The notes under the pieces: generated by a model | What the model was told of the DNA's origin: nothing | The model's database searches: none | What the model saw: the letters and a program-made list of their open reading frames with translations, nothing else | DNA from: Candidatus Fermentibacterota bacterium | GTDB taxonomy: Bacteria > JAFGKV01 | Direction of reading: 5' to 3' | Assembly: GCA_030620115.1 (NCBI GenBank) | Contig: JAUXFG010000004.1 | Coordinates: 1-51,915, forward strand | DNA: 51,915 bases | In this document: positions 10,155 to 18,573 of the stretch, piece by piece | Layout of the letters: each line of letters begins with the position of its first letter | Position numbering within the stretch: position 1 is the stretch's first letter | Position numbers and translations under genes: made by a program

Positions 10155-13100
10155 ATGAAACAATTCAGTCTCACATTCGTTGCACTGGTTCTTCTCCTCG
10201 TGGGATCATCCGTTGAGGGGAAGGTCGATGAACGGGGAAGCTACGATGCCCGACTCAAGAACTGGCATAGCGGGAATCTTGTGCATACGACATATTTCAA
10301 CTATGGCATGATAGGGCGGGAACTACCTGCGGTCACCGGCGAGGTGGGGGGCGAATGGCCCATCAACTCGGGGCACTGGTATGTCGGCGACGTCAGCGTC
10401 TTGGTAGGCGCAGAGATCATCGACATGAATGGTGATACGCTGTACTCGGTTGAAGTGTCCGACGGCCCCCGGGGGAACAACGAATACAGCCCCGACGGGT
10501 CGACCTACTGGGGATGGGAGCCCATCCCCGGCTATGCAACACGAGTTGCGGATACGGACAATTGCTGTATCGCCATGAGTCATCAACCTGAGTCATGGCC
10601 ATCCTTTTGGCCCGACAAGACAGACGACGAAAACGACCCCGGGTGGCACGGCCAATGGAACGGCTACTTCGGCAAGGACGTCTCCAACGCTGATCAGGAA
10701 AGCTACTGGGTCATGGATGACGCCTCGGATGAGGAGTTCCTCTTCTACCCCGATGCCACCGACAGTACCAGGAGAGGGTTGGGGCTCCGGGTCTCAGTCA
10801 GGGGCATGCAGTGGAGCCATGTCCTGGCCGAGGATTGTATCTTCTGGATATATGATATCACCAACATCGGGACGACCGACTACGACAAAGTAGTGTTCGG
10901 CATGATCGTCGGCGGTATGGTCGGCGGAGGTGGCGATGCAGGTGATGACCATGCCGACTTCCAGAAGGAAGACAACATCACCTACTGCTGGGATCATGAC
11001 AATGTCGGCCAAGGCGGCTTCAGCCCCGTGGGATATGTTGGCTATGCCTTCTTGGAGAGCCCCGGCAATCGATTCGATGGGATCGATAATGATGGAGATG
11101 GGAGCGGAGGTTCGGGCATGGTCCTGACCAGGTCTTCTTTCGCTCCGAAGATCTATAACATCGGTGATGAGATCGTGATCATCGAGTACGATTCGTACGA
11201 ACGAACCGTGGAGACCATGCCGGCAGAAGGTATTGACATCCTCTACCGGGGAAATGTCTACCATATCAATCCCGGAACGGAGATCAGAGAGATCCCCCGG
11301 AACAACATCGACGACAACCTTGACGGCCTCATCGATGAGAATAACGGCTTTGAGGTCGAGAGCGTACAGTACTACTTGAATGAGGGCTTGCTCGCCAAAA
11401 ACTGGCTCACCGGCGAAGGTCTGGACAACCCTATGATCGACGAGGGCAGAGATGATGGGATCGACAATGATGGTGACTGGGATCCCATCACCGACGACGT
11501 CGGCCTGGACGGCAAGGCGGGGACGGGCGATATCGGTGAGGGTGATGGGCTGCCCACCAGTGGCGCCGGCACGAACCTCCCTGGTGAGCCCCACATCGAC
11601 AAAACGGACATCGATGAATCCGATCAGCTTGGTTTGACCAGCTTCTACTTCTTTCATCCCTCCGGAAAGATCAAGCTCCGCAACGACGAGCAACTATGGG
11701 AGGCAATGGCGCCAGGGTACTTCAACGCCACGGCCCAAAACGTAGACGGAGACTTCGTCTATGGGTCCGGTTACTTCCCACTGAAGGCAGGTCAGACAGA
11801 GCGGATCTCAGTCTGCCTCGTGTTTGGTGATGACCGTGACGACATCCTCAGAAACAAACGTACCGTGCAGACGATCTACAACGAGAATTACAACTTCGCC
11901 AAAGCACCCGAGCTGCCGACACTCACGGTGGTCCCAGGCGACAAGAAGACCACACTCTACTGGGATTCGGCATCAGAGAGCTCGTTCGATGTTATCTCGG
12001 GCTATGACTTTGAAGGATACAAGATCTACAAGGCCACGGATACCGAATGGGCGGATGCGTCCGACATCACCGATGCATGGGGAAGCCCGAAGTTCGACAA
12101 GCCCGTGGTCATCTATGACCTCAAGGATGGAATCCAGGGCCTTTTTCCTTTGGTGGACGAGCGCCTTGGCGCCCAGTTCGATCTCGGAAGTGATTCCGGC
12201 CTCAAACACAGCTTTGTTGACACTGATGTGGTCAACGGTCAACGCTACTTCTACGCCGTGACGGCCTATGATCGTGGGGATATTCCCAAGGAACTCTCTC
12301 CAGCCGAGACGTCGAAGTTCGTGAAGATAAACCCGGACGGCACCATCTCGGCGGGCAGGAATGTCGGGTACGCCATACCCAACCCCAAGGCCACGGGATA
12401 TGAGCCGCCAACCGGTGAGGGCGAGCTGGCCCGGGAAGGGCAGGCCCATGGAACGGGCACGGTCTACCTGGAGATTCTCAATCCCGATGACGTGCCGGAA
12501 TCAGGCCTTGACTGCATCGTTTCCTTCACCGACCAATCCAATGATTCGTGGGACAACGACGGTGACTGGATCCCATGGGATGACGAGCCAAATGGCATGT
12601 GGGACTCCAACGAACCATTCAGCGACGTTGGCGTCGACGGTCTGGCCGATGAACAGGAAATCAGCGGTGACGGCAGGGTCTACAATCCTACCACAAATCC
12701 CGATCCTGCAGGTGACAACTACGATGCGCTCAACAATCCTGCGGGTACCGAGCATAACGCCAAGTGGGATTTTACTGACATCAACTCCAACGGCGTTTTC
12801 GACCCCGCATTCGAGCAGGCGGAACCATGGACCGATCTCGGAGACGGAGTTCTCGATCCAGGAGAGGACATCATCCACGACACGGGAACCGATGGGCTCA
12901 AGCCCGGAGACCCCGGCTATCCCGGCCCTGATGCCGATGGGACCGAGGCCAACGGGCTTCCAGATCCCGGTGAACCGAACATCGATCTTCGAGATCCCGA
13001 CGAATGGATTCCTTTGACCACAAGCTTCTCGGTTTACGATAGAATCAGTGGTTCGTACCTGGTGGAGAGAGAAACGGATCTTGTTGGTGACTCCCGGTTC

Positions 13101-13982
13101 TTTTTGCTCGATGAGGAGCCCCTGGGAATGAGGCTTCAGATAATGAATGATACTACCATCACAAAGATCGATAGCACCTCGGGGTGGAATCTGTACCGAG
13201 CGGAGAACTATGCCTACTCCTTTGAGCCATTCCGCGCGGCAGGCATAGATGAGGAAGGAGTCAGATTCCCAAGAGATTATCTGCTCACTTTCTCCGATGA
13301 CCTCTCCGAGAGCTCATGGGCACTAAGTATTGGCCCGTTTGATTTGCCTGCCAGAGCGTGCAACTTCACCGTCACGGATCCCAATATGCGAGAAAACATA
13401 AGCTTCGCGTTCATCGATGCGAATCTTGAACCTAGCCTGCATGATCCCGGATATATCACCAATCTCGATCAGCTCATCTTCTTCGAGCGCACCGACGAGA
13501 GCCGCCTATTGACCTGGAAGCTCACCTTTGTGGGTTTCGACTCAACGGCTCACGTACCCGTAGGTGGAGACGAGCTCAGGATGTCCACCACAAAACCATT
13601 CAGCGCCACGGATTCATTCATCTTCGAGGTCCACCCCCAAGAGGTGAACACCGAAGGCCTGCAGGAGAATGTGCTGGACGAGATCATCGTGGTGCCCAAC
13701 CCATATATCGCATCGGCAAGCTGGGAAGGGAAGAACCCATTCTCCGATGGGCGTGGTCCCCGGGAGCTGCACTTCGTCAACCTCCCCGAACGCTGCACTA
13801 TCAGGATCTACACGGTTGGCGGCCAGCTCGTCGACACCATTGAGCACGACTCGCTCACTGGTACGGCGGTGTGGGATATGCTCACCAAGGACAGTCTCGA
13901 CATAGCCTACGGCGTTTACATTTTCCATGTTGATGCCCCGGGTATTGGCGAGAGAATCGGCAAATTCGCCGTCATCAAGTAG
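10155..13982 (+). CDS. Large secreted acidic protein with DxDxDG repeats, FN3-like segment and T9SS-like C-terminal domain
   Basis: Signal peptide; many DNDGD motifs; FN3-like FEGYKIYK...YFYAVTAYD; CTD VVPNPY...IRIYTVGGQLV...YGVYIFHV...GKFAVIK; ATG 10155 follows GAGG. Confidence 0.85.
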   Translation: MKQFSLTFVALVLLLVGSSVEGKVDERGSYDARLKNWHSGNLVHTTYFNYGMIGRELPAVTGEVGGEWPINSGHWYVGDVSVLVGAEIIDMNGDTLYSVEVSDGPRGNNEYSPDGSTYWGWEPIPGYATRVADTDNCCIAMSHQPESWPSFWPDKTDDENDPGWHGQWNGYFGKDVSNADQESYWVMDDASDEEFLFYPDATDSTRRGLGLRVSVRGMQWSHVLAEDCIFWIYDITNIGTTDYDKVVFGMIVGGMVGGGGDAGDDHADFQKEDNITYCWDHDNVGQGGFSPVGYVGYAFLESPGNRFDGIDNDGDGSGGSGMVLTRSSFAPKIYNIGDEIVIIEYDSYERTVETMPAEGIDILYRGNVYHINPGTEIREIPRNNIDDNLDGLIDENNGFEVESVQYYLNEGLLAKNWLTGEGLDNPMIDEGRDDGIDNDGDWDPITDDVGLDGKAGTGDIGEGDGLPTSGAGTNLPGEPHIDKTDIDESDQLGLTSFYFFHPSGKIKLRNDEQLWEAMAPGYFNATAQNVDGDFVYGSGYFPLKAGQTERISVCLVFGDDRDDILRNKRTVQTIYNENYNFAKAPELPTLTVVPGDKKTTLYWDSASESSFDVISGYDFEGYKIYKATDTEWADASDITDAWGSPKFDKPVVIYDLKDGIQGLFPLVDERLGAQFDLGSDSGLKHSFVDTDVVNGQRYFYAVTAYDRGDIPKELSPAETSKFVKINPDGTISAGRNVGYAIPNPKATGYEPPTGEGELAREGQAHGTGTVYLEILNPDDVPESGLDCIVSFTDQSNDSWDNDGDWIPWDDEPNGMWDSNEPFSDVGVDGLADEQEISGDGRVYNPTTNPDPAGDNYDALNNPAGTEHNAKWDFTDINSNGVFDPAFEQAEPWTDLGDGVLDPGEDIIHDTGTDGLKPGDPGYPGPDADGTEANGLPDPGEPNIDLRDPDEWIPLTTSFSVYDRISGSYLVERETDLVGDSRFFLLDEEPLGMRLQIMNDTTITKIDSTSGWNLYRAENYAYSFEPFRAAGIDEEGVRFPRDYLLTFSDDLSESSWALSIGPFDLPARACNFTVTDPNMRENISFAFIDANLEPSLHDPGYITNLDQLIFFERTDESRLLTWKLTFVGFDSTAHVPVGGDELRMSTTKPFSATDSFIFEVHPQEVNTEGLQENVLDEIIVVPNPYIASASWEGKNPFSDGRGPRELHFVNLPERCTIRIYTVGGQLVDTIEHDSLTGTAVWDMLTKDSLDIAYGVYIFHVDAPGIGERIGKFAVIK

Positions 13983-13995
13983 AGGGGGTGACAAG

Positions 13996-15018
13996 ATGAA
14001 GCGACTTTGGCTTGTACCAGTTGTGGCAGCTTTGGTCTGGGCCCCCTGCCATGGGGATACGGTGACCAAGACAGGTACTACGGCGGCCACCTTCCTGTCC
14101 ATTGGGGTGGGAAGCCGAGCCCTGGGCATGGGAGGAGCATTCGTTGCCGTGGCCAATGATGTATCGGCATTGTATTGGAACCCGGCGGGAACTGCTCATC
14201 TCGCATCTCCGGAGTTCATGTTCAGCCACAATGAATGGCTTGCGGACATCAACTTTGATTACGCAGCCACCGCCATACCGGTTGGAGAGCGCGGTGTTCT
14301 CGGGCTCAGCGCCACATTCCTCACCATGGGGGAAGAGCCCGTCAGAACGGTCCTGCAGCCTGAAGGCACGGGTGAGCTTTTTGATGCGGGGAGCTATGCC
14401 ATGTCCCTGGGCTACTCCATGATGCTCACCGACAGGTTTTCCATAGGATTCTGTGGCAAGTATGTCAGGGAGTATATCAAAGATTGCAATTCCACGGGCT
14501 TTGCCATGGATGTGGGGACGCTTTTCGAGACACAGTGGCGCGGCCTGATGTTGGGCATGAGCATCTCGAACTTCGGGACCAAGTTGCAGATGGCGGGAAA
14601 CGATGTGCTTGTTCAGGTGGATCCTGATCCCACTCAGGAAGGCAATAATGAGAACATCAATGCCAACATTGCACTGGACAAATTCGACATGCCGCTTGTT
14701 TTTAGGGTCGGTCTTGCCATGGATGTGCTCAGGGATGTAGCTGGAAACAGTCTTCTCGTGAGCATGGACGCACTGCATCCCAACGACAATACCGAGGCCA
14801 TGGACTTCGGCGTCGAATACGGCTTGGCCGACCGGCTGTTTTTGCGGGCAGGCTACAAGTCGGCATTCATGAAAGACAGCGAGGAAGGGCTCGCGGCAGG
14901 GCTTGGGCTCTCCCTCCCCATATTAGGCTCAGCGAATCTGAAGCTTGACTATGCATATCAGAGTTTTGGCAGGCTCGAGCAGGCACACCGAGTCAGCATT
15001 CTGATCAGCGCCATTTAG
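13996..15018 (+). CDS. PorV/PorQ-family (UPF0164-like) outer-membrane beta-barrel
   Basis: Signal peptide then GTTAATFLSIGVGSRALGMGGAFVAVANDVSALYWNPAG, the hallmark N-terminus; amphipathic strands; LFLRAGY, LDYAY. Confidence 0.9.
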   Translation: MKRLWLVPVVAALVWAPCHGDTVTKTGTTAATFLSIGVGSRALGMGGAFVAVANDVSALYWNPAGTAHLASPEFMFSHNEWLADINFDYAATAIPVGERGVLGLSATFLTMGEEPVRTVLQPEGTGELFDAGSYAMSLGYSMMLTDRFSIGFCGKYVREYIKDCNSTGFAMDVGTLFETQWRGLMLGMSISNFGTKLQMAGNDVLVQVDPDPTQEGNNENINANIALDKFDMPLVFRVGLAMDVLRDVAGNSLLVSMDALHPNDNTEAMDFGVEYGLADRLFLRAGYKSAFMKDSEEGLAAGLGLSLPILGSANLKLDYAYQSFGRLEQAHRVSILISAI

Positions 15019-15161
15019 CAGGAAAGAACGAAAGGAGGCGCCTATCGGAGAACCTATGTAACCGCACGCTCGCGCCAAGCGAGTCTTGCGGTCCCTGTAG
15101 TAGCCCATCCCGGGACAAACGATCCCGCGGAAGATTTGTTGCACCACCATAAGGAGGATCT

Positions 15162-16949
15162 ATGACACGGTGCAAGTTTCTCGTAGCTCTGGGGGTCATC
15201 GCTCTTCTTGTTCAGGGTGCGTCGGCCCAAGTCACGGTGACATTCAGGCTGAACACCTGCACCGTGAACGCCTACGATATCACGGACGAGAGCATGGTCC
15301 AGGTACGCGGGAGCATCGCACCCATCACCTGGGGTGACGATTCCGTGAACTTGGTGAACACGGCCGGTGATTACTGGGAAGCCGTGGTCACTTTCGACGC
15401 ATCGGAGACAGGGAATACCCTGGAGTACAAGTACTATGCCGAGGATTGGGAAAGCACCGACAATAAGACGTTGCTGCTCGACCAGGATGTGACCCTGGAT
15501 CTCGCCTACTTCAACAATGGCTTCAATCCTCCGTACACGCCCACGGATGATATCGACCTCTGGTTTCGGGTCAGCATGGAGTCAAATGCCATCTTCAACC
15601 CTGATACGGATGAGGTGGGCATGAGAGGTGCCGGCGTCGATGATCTGTCATGGTCGACAAATCTTGTCTTGGATAGAGAGGATGAAAGCTTCTACTACTC
15701 GGGCCAGGTGACTGCTCCTGTGGACTCTGCCGGAGTGACGATCGAGTACAAATTCGTGCGAGGCACCGCTCCCGACGAGTGGGAGGATCTGCCGGAAGGG
15801 AATCGAACACTTGTGATCCCCGCTGAAGATCAGACCATTGTCTGGGCATATTGGAACAATGAGGAGCCTTCTCCCGCCATTATCGACACCGGCGTGGTCA
15901 CCTTCAAGGCCGACATGTCCGACCTGATTTCCAATGGATGGTTCGATGCCGGGACTGACTGGATCTCGGTTCGCGGGAACTTCGAGGGATGGGGCAACCA
16001 GGAGCCCATGGTCCCCGGTCTTATCGAACCCACCATCTATGAGTGGGGATATGAGATCATTGCCGAGCATGAATCCACCATCTCGTGGAAGTTCAAGGCA
16101 TTCCCCGATGAGCACTTCCTCGATTCCGGCTGGGAGCTGGGCGCCAACCACGAGTTCCCCTTCATTGGTGAGGAAATATTGGATCCCCGGTTTCCGGATA
16201 TCTGGCCGGCGGGAGGTCCTGTGGAGGTCGATGTTACACTCAACGTCGGCTGTGATATGACCAACGCCATATGCTGGTATACTGGGGAGCCCTTCCCATC
16301 CATCGGGAGTGTGTGGCTCGCAGGTGATGACGGCACTGGTCCCCTGGAGTGGCCAAGCTGGGACCCGGATGACACCACAAGCATGGTCCGGCTCTACGAT
16401 GACGGGACCAACGGAGATCAGACCCCAGGCGACGGCATCTGGGCGGCTGATGTGCTCATGCCCGAAGGAACATCGAGCACGATCCTGTACAAGTATAGCG
16501 TCTGGTACCCAGGCGTGGAGAATCTCAACGACGGAAGCACTCCCATGGACAACGAGGCTGGCTTCGCCATGAACCATGCCGCTGTCCTGGATAGGTACGA
16601 GGAGAACCAACAGCTCTTCGACGCATTCGGCGACCAGCCTGTTCATGAGATCAAGGGTGCGACAAAACCGGAAACCGTGGCACTTGGCTACAACTGGCCG
16701 AATCCCTTTTCTCAGAGCACGTGCATCAACTACACCATTCCCGTGTCCGGTGAGGTGAACCTCTCAGTGTACGATCTCAGCGGGAGAAAGGTGACCATGC
16801 TCCATGATGGCTATCAGAATGCAGGCATGTATGCTGCCATGTGGAATGGCAGAGATACCAGCAATAAGCCTGTGGCAACTGGTACGTATCTGATGAGACT
16901 GGAGAGCGCGGCAGGCTCCGCCACCAGAAGGATTGTGGTTCTCCGATAG
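15162..16949 (+). CDS. Secreted protein with four CBM20-like (starch-binding) domains and a T9SS/FlgD-type CTD
   Basis: RBS AAGGAGG; signal peptide; repeated VTF...V.VRG...W...(L/I)EYK(Y/F)...WE...N pattern; LYDDGTNGD..PGDGIW motif; CTD NWPNPF...VYDLSGRKV...WNGRD...TGTYLMRL...RRIVVLR. Confidence 0.8.
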   Translation: MTRCKFLVALGVIALLVQGASAQVTVTFRLNTCTVNAYDITDESMVQVRGSIAPITWGDDSVNLVNTAGDYWEAVVTFDASETGNTLEYKYYAEDWESTDNKTLLLDQDVTLDLAYFNNGFNPPYTPTDDIDLWFRVSMESNAIFNPDTDEVGMRGAGVDDLSWSTNLVLDREDESFYYSGQVTAPVDSAGVTIEYKFVRGTAPDEWEDLPEGNRTLVIPAEDQTIVWAYWNNEEPSPAIIDTGVVTFKADMSDLISNGWFDAGTDWISVRGNFEGWGNQEPMVPGLIEPTIYEWGYEIIAEHESTISWKFKAFPDEHFLDSGWELGANHEFPFIGEEILDPRFPDIWPAGGPVEVDVTLNVGCDMTNAICWYTGEPFPSIGSVWLAGDDGTGPLEWPSWDPDDTTSMVRLYDDGTNGDQTPGDGIWAADVLMPEGTSSTILYKYSVWYPGVENLNDGSTPMDNEAGFAMNHAAVLDRYEENQQLFDAFGDQPVHEIKGATKPETVALGYNWPNPFSQSTCINYTIPVSGEVNLSVYDLSGRKVTMLHDGYQNAGMYAAMWNGRDTSNKPVATGTYLMRLESAAGSATRRIVVLR

Positions 16950-16968
16950 ATCCGCACGTCTTCGATCC

Positions 16969-17006
16969 AACCGGGGAAGAGAGTTCACCTCTTCCCCGGT
17001 TTCTCT
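16969..17006 (+). terminator. Rho-independent terminator of the TonB receptor operon
   Basis: 13-bp perfect stem AACCGGGGAAGAG/CTCTTCCCCGGTT, 7-nt loop, pyrimidine tail, 19 nt after the stop. Confidence 0.75.
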
Positions 17007-17037
17007 GTGAGGGAGTTCTCCATGAGTATATGCGCAC

Positions 17038-17220
17038 TAGCCCGTATTCCTTACCGGCCATCTGCTGCAGCGTTGCATTTGGCCCTGCCTGCGGCGTTAC
17101 GCTCCTTCGGACTCCTCGATGTATCGCAGGGGATACGCCTGCGGGGTCCTCGGTCGCAAGCCTTGCAGCCAAAGCCAACTACAGCGCTTCGCGACGAAAG
17201 CCGGTAAGAAATGCGGGCTA
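17038..17220. mobile_element. MITE with ~21-bp terminal inverted repeats and TA ends (copy 1)
   Basis: TAGCCCGTATTCCTTACCGGC (17038-17058) versus GCCGGTAAGAAATGCGGGCTA (17200-17220), 19/21 complementary; internal homology to the element at 23440-23650. Confidence 0.8.
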
Positions 17221-18299
17221 ACGATCCAGGAAGCAGGATTGCACCAGATCCCATCACGGGAGCGGAATCTGTTGCTGAGCTGATGAATAAGGCCTTTCTC
17301 GCCTACAATTCCGCCCGTCTCCGCGAGGCGGCACTCCTCCTGGTGGAAGAGATCTCAGCTCCCGATGTTACCACGGTATGGACCTTGAGTGGGGCTCTCA
17401 CTCCCGCAGGGCTTGGAACATCATGCCTGGTGCCGCTCATGCAGGCAGGATGGGTCGACTGGCTCATATCCACCGGGGCAAATCTGTATCACGATCTCCA
17501 TTATGTCTTGGACCTGCCGCCGCGGATGGGTCACCCGAATCTCGATGACAGGGAGCTCAAGGAACAAGGCCTGGTGAGGATCTACGATATTCTCCTCCGG
17601 TACGACGTTCTCCTCTCCACCGATGCCTTTGTCCGATCCGTGGTGGAAGAGCAGATCCAAGGTCATGGGAAGCCTCTCAGCACGCCTGAGCTCCACGCAG
17701 CATTGGGCAAAGCGGCGGCGAAGGAGAGGCAACGCCGTGGTGTATCCAATCCGGGCATTCTCGAAACAGCAGTCAATCTCGACATCCCGATCTTCTGCCC
17801 GGCCCCTGGAGACAGTTCCATCGGCATGAACATTGCGGCGCTTTCTCTGCCAGGCAAAGCCCTAGTGATCGATCCCACAGCCGACGTGAATCTCGCGGCA
17901 TCCATCGTCTGGGAAGCCAAGCAAAAGGGTGGAAAGAGCGCGGTCATCATTCTCGGCGGTGGCGCACCCAAAAACTTCGCGCTCCAGACGGAGCCTTATC
18001 TTCAGGAGATTCTGGGTCTTAAGGAAAGCGGTCATGACTTCATGATACAGATCACCGACGCTCGCCCGGACACCGGAGGCCTCTCAGGAGCGACACCGTC
18101 GGAGGCAGTCAGTTGGGGAAAGATCGATCCGCTGGAACTGTTCAACACGGTGGTCGTGTATCTCGATATCACGGTAGCCCTGCCGCTCCTGACTTCCTAT
18201 CTCCTGGCAAAAGCAAAACCCAGAGAGCAGAAAAGGCTGATGTCCCGCAGGCAGAAGCTCGTGAAGGATCTCAAGGATGCGGTTAGTATTCAGACATGA
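17211..18299 (+). CDS. Deoxyhypusine synthase-like protein (bacterial homospermidine-pathway type)
   Basis: SGALTPAGLG, ISTGANLYHDLH, APGDSSIGM, GGGAPKNF, DTGGLSGATPSEAVSWGK with the active-site Lys retained. Confidence 0.92.
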   Translation: MRANDPGSRIAPDPITGAESVAELMNKAFLAYNSARLREAALLLVEEISAPDVTTVWTLSGALTPAGLGTSCLVPLMQAGWVDWLISTGANLYHDLHYVLDLPPRMGHPNLDDRELKEQGLVRIYDILLRYDVLLSTDAFVRSVVEEQIQGHGKPLSTPELHAALGKAAAKERQRRGVSNPGILETAVNLDIPIFCPAPGDSSIGMNIAALSLPGKALVIDPTADVNLAASIVWEAKQKGGKSAVIILGGGAPKNFALQTEPYLQEILGLKESGHDFMIQITDARPDTGGLSGATPSEAVSWGKIDPLELFNTVVVYLDITVALPLLTSYLLAKAKPREQKRLMSRRQKLVKDLKDAVSIQT

Positions 18300-18370
18300 T
18301 TCGCCGACTGGCCGAGCGGTGAAGCAGATCATTGGTTGCGAGTTGTGGGCTGCAGGGCCTTGGGTTCGAT

Positions 18371-18464
18371 CTGTCATTCTGAGCGCAAGCGAAGAATCTC
18401 AAGGCATGCGATCTCGACCTGACGAGGAGAGATTCTTCGTTCCTGCGGTCACTCAGAATGACAG
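18371..18464. repeat. REP-like inverted doublet, family B (TGTCATTCTGAGC...GAAGAATCT / AGATTCTTC...CTCAGAATGACA)
   Basis: Head-to-head pair; further units at 23088-23121, 25034-25065, 25122-25222 and 49120-49221. Confidence 0.85.
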
Positions 18465-18573
18465 TGTTGCGAAAGGTGTACGTTCGCGTCAGGATCTGTC
18501 CTCAGTCTTCCGTCTTCTGTCTACCCAAGCGTAGCGCTCGTTTTTCCGCGCGCGGTCACGGAACGGGGATCTT

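Noticed and set aside
15040-15130. Known riboswitch
   Set aside because: Hairpins are present but I recognise no consensus of a known class; kept only as an unassigned structure.
17211-18299. Evidence of eIF5A-type hypusination or archaeal origin
   Set aside because: The surrounding genes are clearly bacterial, and DHS-like proteins are known in bacteria for polyamine synthesis.
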